In this document: positions 10,650 through 24,232 of the stretch, piece after piece | How the letters are laid out: each line of letters opens with the position of its first letter | How positions within the stretch are numbered: position 1 is the stretch's first letter | Assembly (NCBI GenBank): GCA_036172245.1 | Contig: JAYWIR010000014.1 | Coordinates: forward strand, 2,046,001 to 2,110,000 | DNA from: Raillietiella orientalis | Taxonomy: Eukaryota | Direction: 5' to 3' | Length of the DNA stretch: 64,000 nt | Translations under genes and position numbers: made by a program | Notes under the pieces: generated by a model | Database searches by the model: none | Seen by the model: the letters and a program-made list of their open reading frames with translations, nothing else | Told to the model about the DNA's origin: nothing

Positions 10650-13600
10650 GTTCGGAGTCAGGTTAAGGTCAGCTGAAGAAGGATCGGGCGCTCGCTCGCC
10701 CCTCCATCCCCCTTCCCGGTGAAGACGACCGCTTGTCCATTATCCCGGCCGGTGACTCCCCGGCGAGCTCACACTCTGCCGGCGACCGTTTCCCAAGCTC
10801 CGCTCGAAGCGGGAGGGAGCTGCTTGCCAGGTACGGCCAGCCGTAGGTATTATGAGGTAGTTGCGAGGGAAGGAAATCGTGCAGTTCCCGAGAATCCGAC
10901 GCCTGGGAAAGAATCCGGGGAAAAGGGCGAAAACATGACGGAAGAAGGGAGATGATGAAGGTGGGGAATCCGGGGACGCGAGAACGGAGCACCCTCGAGG
11001 AGCCACCTTCTCGCCTCCTCCCCCGTTGCCAAGGCCGAAAGCGACTTGCGCGGCACTTCGAGCGCGGAGGAGCGGAAAATCCGCCCGGTGGTAGGGGGTC
11101 CAGGCCAAGTTGCTTGATGATGGCTAAACGGAAGTTTTGGGTAGTTTCCTTACACCCGCCCTGAGGCACATCGTCACACTCATGCGCGCAAAATCTCGCA
11201 AATGTGCGTTTCCCAAGTTCACCTGGATGCATGGGGTGGGAGGGCAGCTGCAGGAGAGGGGGAGCTTTCGTAAGAAGATGTCTCCCCTCCCTCGTGGATG
11301 GGGCAAGGGGCGGGAAGGAATGACAGGTTGCGACTTCGAGGGGTTCTCGAAAGGAGAATGCTGCTGCTGGAAGAGTCCCTGGAGGGAAGGTGCGGGCGAC
11401 CACACGGGCAACTCTCACGTTTCAGGTCATGCGGGGTGTTACTGGGCCAAGCAGGTGGTCCGGCTCATCCTTGCCCGCCTAGCCGCGAGACGTCCATCGC
11501 GTGCCAGCAGGACGTCGATCCGGCAGCAGACGGGCAGAGAAGTTGCCTTGCGTCGGAGCCGCGCTCTTCCCGGGGAGACTGCGGATTTCGGCTTGCATTT
11601 CCCCCTTGCCAACGCTCTCCTTCCCTCCTGCCCAGCCTTCTCCAGGACAGCGGACCGTGAAGTGGCAGCCAGCGTGGGGACCACAGCATCCATGCGCGAT
11701 TGCAGCGCTTCCCCCAATCTGCTTCCCCCTCCTTCGGCGCGGAGAAGCAGATCGCCGGGGCAAAAACACGGAGCTGCACCCGTGCGGGGAATCGCCAGGT
11801 GGCGCGCGTGCGCGCAAAGAGAAGCATGCGGAAGCTTCCAAGATCGGCGGGCTGCCTGCCCCTCCTGCCTTGCGGGCGCGTCGCGGGACTTCGGGAAGGC
11901 ACCGCCTGTCTCCTCCATCTCCTCCGCTCTCTGTCCGCGGGATCGTGGCAGCCTGGAACGCGTGAAGAAGGGACCAGAATGGCAAGGACGTCATCCACGA
12001 TGCGCGGATCTTCCTGAGGACAACCTCGATATGGCCCCACCTGGGCATTATTCGGACAGAACTTGCAAACATCCTGAACAGGATGCAAAGGACGCCTGGC
12101 AGCATACCGTGATCCCTTCCTCGTCCCCCCTCCTCCTCTCCGTGTATAAATTCATCTCTCCCGTTTTGTTTGTGTATTTTTTTTTGTTTCCCAAAGGTTC
12201 CTCCACACCAATGTATTCTCATTACGTTATGTAATAAATGCTCCGGCATCTCTTCCGCCAGACCTCTTGAGCCCAGCAAGGACGAGATCACTCCTGTCAA
12301 CGGCACGACAGGCCGGGTGGATGGCTCCAGCTCGGAGCTCCTCCCGTTCTCCTATTCGAGCGAGCGGAGAAGGTCCTGGTTGTCTCAGCACGAGTGCAAC
12401 CGACCTCGGTCATCATTCTTTCTTCCCTGATATCTTCAGGTCATCTCCCTCCCATATTCCCGCTCTCGGATCTCGTGGCGACCTTGCGCCTGCCAGCCTC
12501 GAGCCGATGGCGTTTTGAGGCGGAAGCCTAGTCCCTCTGCCGCACGCTTGCCACTCCTGGGTGAGAGGCAGCTGCGAGCCCGTTCCAGGAACGTTCGCCT
12601 TTCGGAGACAGCGGCCCGGGAGAGCTCTGCACTGAATGGGCGCCAGGGGTGCCATCTCTGCTGTTCTTGCTGATGCCTCCGGCCGCTACTGTCGCTGTCC
12701 CTTTTGGCGTGTCCAGGCGGGGCATGAGTGGTCGTTCAAAGACCCCTTCTCTTCATGAAAGATTCGCGCGCATACGCTTCCTTAGGGCAGCCTTGGCAAC
12801 CGCCCGTCCAATCGGCCCATCCTCCACAAAGCGTGCGAGTGCAGCATTTCGGCTTCAGCCGCCGACTTGCTACCATGCCTGGAACGGAGGTCGCCGCCGT
12901 CACGCTCCCGGGGGCGGCACCCTTCTGCTTCCCGGAAACGCCGGACTAGCCAGGTCCGATTCCGTCCCTGAAGAGAAGGAAGCGGGGCGTGGGTTCCCGC
13001 AGAGGAAGGGAAGGATTTCGAAAAGTGGAATTTTGCCTCAGAGCGAAAGGCTTCTTCCCGAACGGTAGATCCCGCGGCGGTCCACCGTTCAGCGGAAGAA
13101 TAAGAGGCCTGGAATAGCTGGTGGGGTATGTAAAGGCGCAGGTGAGCAGCGCGGGACGCGGTCGCAGCTGACGAGGGCGGCATCAGCAGCACGAGCGAGG
13201 CGGCCTCCCAGCGGTGCAACGCGTTGGCTCGGTGAAGGTCACTCGGACGGGAGGAGGGATGGGCCCTCTCTCTCTCTCTCTCTCTCCCCTTCCCTCTCCC
13301 CTTTTCCACTTAAGCGGCCGCCGCTGGCACGCGTCCCCAAGCCATGCGCGTGGCTTGGCTTGGGGACGCGTGCCGTCGTTCCCCTCCCTTCGCGACCAAT
13401 CCGACGAATTCATGCGCTCTCGCGACGTGGGGAGGGGGGAGAGAGGAAAGAAACATTCCGCGTCGACACTGCTTGCCGCAGCAGACGCGCGCATTGCCCC
13501 AGGCGACCACGACGCTGCTACCGGATCTCCAAGGCGGTGGCCGCCTAACGCGCCGAGACAAGGACGTGGGTCCGCGGGCCAAGCTGCAGCAGAAGACACC

Positions 13601-16600
13601 GTCGGCCTGGGGAAAGTCCCCTCCCTAGAGTGTTTTCCATCCTCTTCCTCTCCCTCCCTGTCTCCCCCACACAGGCGCATACGGAACGGTGTGCAGGAGG
13701 GTGACTGGCGCCGGGGCAGCCCGTTCCGACTGGACTCCGCAGCGGGACTCCACAGGCAAGAAAGGGTGTACCGGTGGCGGAAGAAAACGAGGTGGGAAGC
13801 ACTGTCGGAGTTGCTGTCCCTTGGTGGGAGCTTGCGGAGTTCACAAAGGCCTTTCCCGTTTGCCTGCCGGCATCGTCCGGAGGAAAGGGCACTGCTGCGT
13901 CGCCGACGACCAAGAGATCGGGATCGGGAGGAGGAGTGAATGCCGTCCAGAAAGGGTGTCGGAGAACAACCGAAAGCTCTCGAGTCTGGTCGGAATACGA
14001 GACCCGCTTAGGGAGCCTCGTTAGAAAAAGGAGGCTTTTCCGGCAGCGTCCGCCGCGAGCGCTGCTGTTGCTCCTCTCCCGCACAGCCGGGCGATGAGAA
14101 GCGAGAGCTCCAGGAACGAGGAAGATTCGAAGGGCTATGAAGGAGGCTGAGACAGCAGTCTCGTGACACGCCAACGGGCTCCAGCAGGTCGTTGTCCTGA
14201 AATCAGATCGTTCTGGACGTTCCTTGAAACACGCGCAAGCTGGCTAAGAAAAGAAGCTTCCCTTGATTCTGGATCGGAGGGTCCGCATCCTGGTCTCTCA
14301 CTCGCTTTCAGATTGAAAACTCTTTCCCTCTCTCTCTTTGGGCAGTATGAGAAGGGCGTCTCCTATCACTCGAGGGAGCGAAGACCACCTTTATGCTCGG
14401 AATAGTTACGCAAGCAAGGAGTTGAGAGACAAGAAGTATGCGGGGACAAGGAAGACCATTCATTCTTGCAGTCTCAGACCTGGAGGCAACTGCCTCACCA
14501 TTTACGGTTTGTTTTCTTCTCTCCAAAGCTGAGGAAAACAGAAGAGGAGGGACGGGTAACAAACGGTAACCAGACCCATCCAGGAATCCCGCAGGGCATG
14601 CATGCGCGCGTGGTACTGATGTGAATGCAGAGCTGTTTTCGAAAACCTCACTGTAGGCTCCACTCAGCCGTGAGCAAAAAGGGTACCGAAGCATCGAAAT
14701 ATCCTTATGGAAGATGGGTCGTACAAAAGGTCACCGCGCGATCCGATTCAGCTGTCGCAGTGAAAGTAAGATAAATTAAAAAACAAGAAAAAAGAGGGGA
14801 AGTAGCCGTTCTGCTTCATGACCTTTTGCCAAATCCGTTTCGCGGGAAAGATTACTGCCATACTACCATCTCGCGGGAAAGATCAGTACCAAACTGATCC
14901 CCGACGTGCTCACTACGCGTTAGCACTGTGCTTGGTTTGCTGGAGCTGCACGTACTGGCACGATTCCAGTACGTGCACGAGAAAGGAAGGCGGAGCGAGG
15001 GAAAGATGAAATATCGAAAGAGGAAACAGCAACAACTATCAAGGGAAAAAGAAAAGGGAGAACAGATCTGCCCCAATCCCTTTCCAAAAGGGGAACTCCC
15101 TCCTGCGAGGGCGTCGATCGCCCTCCGGACGGACGCGTTCACGCGTGACCTCCTGGCTGGAGCTTCAGTGAAGTACGCTCTCGGCACTCTCGATTCAGCT
15201 GAGCCTACTGGAACCCGTGCTTAAGGTCCTTTTCGTACGCAGCTTTTGAGAGAGGGCAGCTTCCTTTTCGGGTACGCGACAACTTGGACAAGTGATCAGA
15301 GGGAGGGTCGGGCTGCCTCACTTCTATGGGGAGGAGGGGAGGGTTCGCTCGAGATGGGCACAGGGCAAACTGGAATCCTTTTCTCTGAGAAAAGGGGAAG
15401 CAGGATGGGAGTGAGGAAAAACGAGCGCGTTGGAACCCAGCCCGTGGGCTGCGGTGCAGTGGCCGGTCGCTGTTCATCGGCGTGAGGTTCCGATCAACCC
15501 TGGGAAACTCTCCTGCTGCTCTCTGTATGCAGGGGTCTCGCAGCGTTCGCCTGCTGCTCCCATCCGGACCTCGCGCGCTACCGTGCGTTCCCTGTCAGCC
15601 GAGGGACCCAAGTGTGCTCCACGGGGCCGGAAGTGCATCCGGGAGGGGTGGGACGCTGCTGTGGCCTCGCATGCGGCCGCCCTTTTTGCGGGGAAATCTC
15701 CGGGGAAGGCCAGGTGGTGTGGATGGCGGGAGGAGAGACGTCGAACGCGTCTCGTCCGTCTGAACCACGGGAGGACGCGGAGAGTGGTGGATGATGGATC
15801 GCCAAGCAGCGTTCTCTTGCAGGAGGCAGAGCAGGTGCTGTGCCTCTTCTCCTCGACACTTTGCAACCCACTGAGCGGGCGCGCTCCCCGGAGGAGCGGA
15901 TGGTGGGAGGAACGGAGTCTGCCGCTACCTGGTACGCCCCTCCTCCTTCTGAATTGCCGGGAAGATGGAAGAGGAGTGGACCATCTCCGCGCTACGCGGA
16001 GACCGCCATGACGTCAGGGGGGCTTCCACCCTGGAGAAGAAGGGCGAAACGTTCAGGAGACGGAATGGTCAACGGGAAGGAAAGGTGTGGAGGGTCCGTC
16101 TGGCAAGAGATCTCCTCCGAGCGTCCGACGGCGATGCCGACCTCGCCCCTGCGCTCACTGCGCAGCCGATCGACTCCGGCCGGGTCTGACTCGTGCCCGG
16201 GGGTTGTTGCTCGAAGTTGCTGAACTCCCCAGCCCGTGACTGCTTCTGCCTCGGGAAGTCGCCGAGAAACTTCCCAGAGCCAACCGCAAGAAGTCTTTCT
16301 TTTTTTCTTCCCTCCCTCACTGTCCCAATGATCCTCCTTCCCCTTTCGCACGCCATTCCGCGGGCTAGCGGGTGCTGATGTTCGCGGCGGCAGTGTCTGG
16401 CGGGCAGACGTCTTCGGTTCCCTTCTCCTTTCCCATCGTCACGTCGACGGGCGCAGGGAGGCGGCGCTGACCCTCGGACGCGTCGGCGCATCCACCAGAC
16501 TCTTGATCTCTCTCCTTCGCTACCTCCCAAGAGGCTTCCTGCAGAAGCCGGGACCCCACCTGCCCATCTCAGAAGTTTCAGCCAAGTCGGACGCGCGGCG

Positions 16601-17700
16601 GCAGCAGCGCCGGAAACCACCGCCGCAGCCTCCGCTGGTTCGTGGGCTCCTGGATCGCCCGCAGAAGCGCGATTGGCTGTCGGGGAGGAAATCCCCGAGC
16701 AGCAGCGAAAGGGTTCGTCGAAACCACCGGGAGCAGCCCGCGCGCGCGCTCTCGCGCGTGGGGGACGCCTCTCGGCGCGAGGTTGGGTTCCCACCGGGAA
16801 CGGGAAGGGGGAGAGGAGGGGAGAGGAAGGAAGGCGGGGGGGGGGGGCACGCGCTCCCTCGTCGTCCGCTTTCCAGGATCGTTTTGCGATTCGAGGGCTC
16901 GGTGGGGAAAAGAAGGGGAGATAGCGACCCCGGCGGAGGGTTCCCGATCGGAAGCGGAGGGCGTTCCATCGCATTCCCGGAGGAAGTTCGTGCCGCCCGG
17001 CATCCTCTCATTCCCAGGAGGGAAGAGGGGGACGCGCACTACCCGCCCTCGCGCTTTGCGGACCGCCATGACGTCATCCTTCCCCCCATCGCATGGTGTT
17101 TCGTTTCGCGGCTCGGGGTTACACCCTAGGGCTCAAGCCGGCTCACGCTAGGAGGAGGCAGAGATCAGGTGAGCCGCCGACCGGCTACTCTTGGAACCCA
17201 AGTTCCGGCGCGTCGAGGAGGAAGTAGGGACTCCTGGAAGGGTCCTTGCATCTGAATCCTGGAGTCAGCTGCAGGGACCACTGGGCCATATGACGGTGAT
17301 CTCTTGAGTCAGAACCGGAAGGAAGGACGTCTCCCGGGAACTTCAGTTCTCTGAGGGAGCAATCTCCACAATGCGCGAACTGTTAGGAGTGGAGTCACGG
17401 TGGCTCGCTTGGCGTCCCTCCCTTGCTCCTTCTCCCGATTCTCCTGGAAACGGCTGGAAATCCCCACTACCCACTTCGATGCCGCCGTCGGGCTCCCGGT
17501 GGGAGACGCTCAGTGTCACAGCACGGTTTTGGCCCTTCGCCTCTGCCTTTCGTGTTTTTCTTCGTCCGGGTTGGCGCCTCCGTTTCCTCGCGCGCCGCGG
17601 GACGGCTGCCGGTCCAACAATCAATCGGACCCGTGTGTTGCACACGCGTCTTCGATTGGAACGAAACACGTGCTGTTCGGGAACGGTGAGAGGCAGTCTT
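10650..17700. other. GC/CpG-rich domain with no recognisable coding sequence
   Basis: Visibly high G+C and CpG/CGCG density compared with the AT-rich flanks. ORFs here are Arg/Pro/Gly/Ala-rich in all frames with no recognisable domain. Boundaries are approximate. Confidence 0.65.
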
Positions 17701-20700
17701 TATGTCTGTTCCCAGAGGGGCTCGTTTAATTGTTGAAGCGGATGGAAAACTATTTTTAACTACCTCGATGGCGTCTCTTGGCGTTGCCCGAGCACCCAGG
17801 TGTTCCACAGCTGCTTGTAAGTCACGAAACGAAAAATTGATTGGAGTGCGTACGGAGCGAATCTTTGGATGCCGTTTTTCGATTGCAGAGGAAACAGGTA
17901 TGTCCACAAAAAAACATCCATGCTTCTCATCTCTGATTCTCAGCGGCGCCTCTCCTCTGGCTTGCCTACCACCCTTCCGACCCGTTTCTACGTCTTCCGG
18001 AGGAAAGGATCTTGATAGATGTCGCCCGCACATCAAAACACAGGAAATATGCTGGTATTTCAAATGTCATCTAAAACTTGGGAGAACTAACCATAATCGT
18101 ATAAAAACAAAAACAAAAGCAAAAACAAAAAAACGGCACGAGTAACCTACGAATAAACCAACTACCCTCACGCCAGCAGAAGTCTGGGTAGTTTCTTCTA
18201 CCCAGAGTCCACATGAGGAACCATGACTGAAGCCTTCCTACGTAGGCCTATGAAATACTTGCTGTGCCCGGTAATCGGAACTTTTTTTTTTTTTTTTTTC
18301 CTCTGAGGGAACACTATTTATGTATGAATTTGCATCTACGTTTGTGTGCTTGGTTAGGCACAAACATGCATACAGCATGTGCACAAACATGTGTACAGTT
18401 GTGGATAGGCATGTACGTATGCGTACCCTTATACTTGCTCTGTACAACCACACGAGGGAAAATGTTCATACATGCGAACGGTTGATGCTGCACCACGTCA
18501 CGCCTTTTTTAAATCTTGGGGCATCTTTGAATCTCTTTTCGGCGCAGTCAAACTTCTTGCTGCTATCCGTGTTCAACTATGTGCAAAGTTCCAGCATGCT
18601 GAGGAGAATCATTGGGAATATTCCTTCACGTTAGGGGACTTATATATCAGATATGACACATGATTTCGAAAGTGCCTTCCATTGGTTCTCCACTTGGAAC
18701 AATCTCTTTTTTCTAAGCAAATATTCATATCACAAAGCATACCGGTGTGTACACTGGCAATTAGCTGTGCCTTAAGAGCAGTACGGAAAGAAAGAAAAAT
18801 ATATTTTTCTCCTCTTCTCAGGAAACAGTTCTTGGTGTCAGCGGTTGTCGAATTTCAAATGCAGCTCCAAGTGTAGCACGAAGCATTATTTAAGGGCAGT
18901 ACAAAAACTTCAGCTCTGATCCTAAGAGCATAGAGAGTTTGGTATTTAGTGACAGTCACTATGCAGGAAAAATACCGGTATCCATGTTTACATTGCTGGA
19001 ATTCTTCCTGGGAAAACATCCATATTTAACAGTCTTATAGAGCTGTCGTATCCAGGAGCAGGGGAGTAAGCTGCAAAACTCCTCACTCTTTTGATTTTCA
19101 GAAATGGCTTGATTTTTCCACTTCCAGGAAGCATAACTTCTGTTCGTACCCACGGAAGAGTTCCAAGTAAAGAAAGACTCGAGGTTTTGCCACCGGCGAA
19201 CACGTTAGAATTCTTTCCCAAATCTTGACCAATGGTCGACTTTGCAAATTATCCCACCTTCCAATTGCGTAGAACCTCCCTTCCATCTTGTGATTCACGA
19301 AAGGAGGCGACGTTTCTGTTCATTCGTTCTTTTTTTTGATGGAAAAGCATAGGGCGGAGACGAAACATTTTGCCTCTGTTCTATTCCTTTAGCTTTGATG
19401 ATCTGAGAACCCTATAATCCTATTCCGAGCATTAGGCTAATGTCGAAAGCAGGTTAAGGGTGGCACCTACAGCTACTTCCTGCTCAGATAAATCTTAAGT
19501 CTGTCGCAGCTTGGGTATGGCAACACCTACAATACCTGAGTTCTTGAATCGATTGCCTTAATCTGATTCCTTTCGGGTTCCCGAACCGAACTCCAGGAAC
19601 ATGAAATAGGCTGAAGCAATCCCAATGAAGGTGCGTCTTCGATTCGTGGTGAATTCTCCCGACTCGCTCGCTGCTTTCGGATTCCAGAACAGCTTCAAGA
19701 GTTCCCCCGAAACAGCCGTGTGCCCCAGCGACCAAGCCGAGTTTGCTGTTTTCAATTTAGAATACCCAAAGATCCATCAACAGTGATGAGCAATTTAGCT
19801 GTAGGTCTAGAGGAAATCTGACATGAATCAAATCGCGAATGACAACGTCGACACATTTTATCCGTTTTCCACTTTCGTTTGCTTTAGTTTATCGGAAATG
19901 ACTGACTGGTTCATTTCCTCTCCTGTTTTTCGGTTTCATTATTTTCTGATGTTTTGGGATTAGGAATGATCCGAAATTCTCTTACGGGAGCGTATTGTTT
20001 CCTCTGGAAGCTCAACACTCACTCGCTATTCAGGCTGTGTTCCATCCATTTGGGATTATTCTAACTCGGCCTGCTCCTCTGTTAGTTACTACAACGTGAG
20101 AAATTTTCGGGGGGAGCTGCCCGAGAAGGATCCCGTTTTTTTTTTTTTTTTTTTTTTTTTTCCCCTCTCTCCCTTGTTGGTGCGACACACGATCGGAGCA
20201 GAAAAAGGCAGCACACAGGGATTCGAGCAGGAGCTGCACACAAAAATCATGCTTTTGCAGTTTGGACACACCTGTCTGTACGAACATCCGATTTTGTTTC
20301 AATCAGCTTATTTGCATGTACTGGTGTGCTGAACAAAAGTCATATGATTTGAATTTTGTATGTGTACGCACAAATATCCGGTGCAGTGGAAAAAAATGCT
20401 TTCCAAAACCGCATGCTAACCAGATTTATTATTTCGTGTCTGCTTGACGTTTTGTTTGAGGGGAAGGAGAAAAAAAATATATATATATAACACTCAGAAT
20501 GTGCGAGTTCAAGGATTATTCCAAAGAATATTCTGTGAGAAATCCACGGTTGGATGGTGTGGTGCTGTTAATTGATGTGCAGACGAAAACTCTCCCGGGT
20601 CTCTCTGCAGTCGTCAGAGTTATCATTGAAGAATAAAAGTCGAAATGAAAAGAATTAAAGTCGAAGGAACAAACCAGATGATACAAAGCCACGCCGTATT

Positions 20701-21339
20701 ATGTGGTATTAAGCTCAGAGTTCGAAATGGATTTCGATGGAGATTCTTCCACGCTCGTCTTGAGCTGATGACAGAATCAGAAGATTCAGTAGTTCTTGAA
20801 TTCAACGAAGATGCATGCAAATTCGGTACCTTCAAACGGAATGGAGAAGAGGCTCGTAGGATCAAAATAGAAGGAAAGAAAAAGGAAAGAAGGCTGCATG
20901 TTTGCATAGTCAAACTCCCTCAATAGAAACGAGGAACGTAAAAGCAAATGAAAACTGACATCTCCTTGGAGCATTTTGTGCCAAGCAGGTTTGTCCAACA
21001 CGTAGAGGGATCCAGCCAGAAAATTTTCATTGCCACAGGAAGTGCGCGGAACCAAGTGACCAGAGATTCGAATATAGGAGGAAAGATCTTTCGTGGTATT
21101 CCTGCACTTGCGGTCAATGCGAAGGAGAATGGGATTGCTTTCAGAATTTAGTTTGACGGCATGTGAAAATGATTCGTACCATTCATCAGATACGCTACGA
21201 TTCTCCTCAATTTCGAGGCAGTGCAATCGCATAGAATTCTTCGGTTCATTTGTTATCGAGTCCTGTTTGATGCTTTACATACTTTGATTTTTTTTTTTTT
21301 TGTCTTAGTAGTAAGCAGCAAGCCTGGTCCTCTCCCTCG

Positions 21340-21344
<5 letters not shown>

Positions 21345-21370
<26 letters not shown>
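21345..21370. repeat. (CA)13 microsatellite
   Basis: Read directly from the sequence. Confidence 0.95.
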
Positions 21371-21376
<6 letters not shown>

Positions 21377-23582
21377 AACGATATGTTGAAAACAAGCCTT
21401 TTTTTTTTCTTCCTTTCTTTTCTTTTTTCCGGACATTTAGAAATTTTCGCATTCACCATCAGAGAATGGAATGAGGATAACACACTGAGCAAAAATTCCG
21501 CAAGGCGTATTTGTGTCTATTGCCGACAGAGGAAAGATGATAGCTCATTATTTTCAGAAGAAGAGATATTTCAAATGATTGAATCGACCTCTGATAATTC
21601 CAGTCTACGAAAAATGAACTGCTGTGAAAAACAAATGCTGTTTTCGAAACACTGCAAACCAGTTGGAAAGAGATGCAGATGAAAATTGGAATCGAAACAC
21701 ACACACACAAAAACAAACAAACAAGACAGATGCAAAAACATTGATTGAGATTTTGTCATTAAGGGTAAAACTTGCAATCTTGGAAATTAGAATCTACTAT
21801 TACTAATGAATTAGGAACTGGATAGTAGTATGAAAGATGAAAATATATGGATGTAGGTAAATTGGATATCATAATAAAATTATCCTATGCTTGGAATCCC
21901 GCCAGCTAATTCCCATCCAGTTATCCATGGAGTTTCCAAATATGTATGAGAAGTAACTGATGTAAAACGAATAACCGGAATTTCGACAAAGCAGACGTTC
22001 AAAATTGTTTGCAATTCATCTGAAGTTTTGTAAACCATACATTCCTTAATCACAACTTTGGCATCTTTGCAGCTTCTTTCTAGAAAACTTTACTAATAGA
22101 CAGTAGAAAAAAAAAAATTATTTTTTTTTCTTCAATACACAGACTGATCAACATCTTGTTTCTGGAACAAAGCAACTTTACTGTATTCACACAGTGTTTT
22201 GAGCTCCGAATTTGGTGCCGATAACCTTCGTCAGAACAGATGTTAAATAAAGGCTGCAATTTTTCTTTGTGAAATGCTGTTTATTTCCAAACTCCTATAA
22301 CACATCTTCCACAAAAAGCTTTGAAAAGAAAACAGACGTTTTTGAAAAAAAAAAAAAAAAAATGTTTTCCCAATGGATTATTTTATTTCGTTCCGAATGG
22401 GCTTTGTGTTCACAGCTTTAGCAACACGAGTGGCTCCCCATATCGACAAGCATTTTTTCTTCTTCTTTTTTCAAAAAGGCGATATTTCTATGCGTAGTTT
22501 TTATGTTTATTACATTGCGTTCACATGCATTCACAAAGCATTGAGGTACGCGTTTCTCGTTTTCACTGGCTGGAGGCAGGCAGGGAGCCTTTTTCAGATT
22601 TTTCCTTTTCAGATCTGGCTGCTCTTTTTTTTTGTCCTGCTATTTCTTTTGCTTACTTTCCAAGATAATGGGTTGAAAAAGTAAAAAATGAGTAATTCTT
22701 TTGTAAAAGTATGTAAGTGGATACACTTTCCAAGGTTTATTATGAAAAATCAGTGATCCATATAATCGAGTAAGGTGAGTTATTACGACGAATTAAATGC
22801 TGAATAAATAGAGAAGTTTTTTTTTTTTTTTTTTAGTCGGTTTAGCTCAAACAGGAATCGGAATAGATTTTCATTCGAGATACGCTTTTGAAAAACAAAG
22901 AAAACACGGAAAAACGAGTTTAGAAGGAGGTTGGAGAGAGATCCAGAGTTTGATAAATTCATCAAATGGAACGCCCTTCAACTCTCAAAAGATTTGATCT
23001 ACTTCTTAAGGTTCAGACTGAATAGTTTTTCAACTGTCCAAATTATCAGTCCGCTGAACTTTTTTTAGTTAAACACAAGCAGCTTAGATTTTCTTGGAAG
23101 TCATCTTTTGAGATTGCACGCATTCTACTTTGCGCCCTCCGCATCCCATGTGGAAGTAGAAGCCATCAGGAAAACATTTAGGATGCAACGAATATGTAGT
23201 TTTCCAACAGTGTACTGCTGACTAAAGTGTAAAGGTTCTCTTCAGTTCCAGAAATCAATAATTCTGGTATTTCCGTCAAAACTGAAATTTACGACACGGT
23301 GTGCACTTGGAAGCTTCAATTTATTAGGGAATTGCGCCAATCAGTCAATCCGATCAGATTTTTCACATTCGTGCTCTGCTCAGTCAGCTTTGGGAATTCA
23401 AGTTGTATCGTTTATAATCTGATGCGCAGTTCGATACAACACCTCGTCTCAGAGACCTCTCTTATCTGACTATTTAACCCTGAAATCAATTCGTCCGAAT
23501 TGAAATCGAGCTTTGGCGCAGTTTTCCAGGTATTCCACCCAAGGGGGGCCGGAAAATCCGGCCACGCGTACTTTCAAGTGGC

Positions 23583-23612
23583 GGAAACACCGTACACCGG
23601 CACGGTGTTTCC
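23583..23612. repeat. Perfect 11-bp inverted repeat with 8-nt spacer
   Basis: GGAAACACCGT-acaccggc-ACGGTGTTTCC. Confidence 0.9.
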
Positions 23613-24197
23613 TCTGACGAGGTTTTCGACATCGGAATTCCGTATCGGATTTTGAAACAACAAGTTCATGCTGCTTTGCCGATTGAGTCCGCTGCAAATT
23701 CAGAGCAAGCAATCCCTTTTTGTTTATTTATTCTGGAATTGATCCCAGTTTTCCATTTCTCCGAACTGGGAATACACAAGCAAGCCTTACGCCGTGATGT
23801 CAGATCGATCGTACCCGGAAAATTATTTATCAAGAAGCAATTAACTAGATAATCAGAGTACGATTTTTAATTACTCCTCCTGTCCTTCCACGTCCATATG
23901 TTAATTCTTTCTTCACAAATATGCCAGCTGCTTCCATGCCTGTTTTTTATCCCTTTAATGGCAACCTTGCGATAATCATCAACTCCGTATTTTGCAAGTA
24001 AGGCTGCTGCTGTATGTGTGTTTTTCATTTCAAATGCTTTTTTTTTTTTTTTTTTTCCGAAAAGAAACTAGAATTACCAAAAGATTTCGTCTTTTCACAG
24101 TATGCCTCACAGATCCAAAAACACTGAAGTAAATCTAAGATTTCCGAATGTTCCTTCCGAGTGAATCCTCAACTCGAATTAAGAATTCATGTCGCAT

Positions 24198-24232
<35 letters not shown>

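Noticed and set aside
11137..12234. 365-aa plus-strand ORF and its overlapping antisense ORFs
   Set aside because: Arg/Ala/Pro/Ser-rich with no recognisable domain and a non-ATG start; several frames on both strands are open at once, as expected when GC-rich DNA lacks stop codons.
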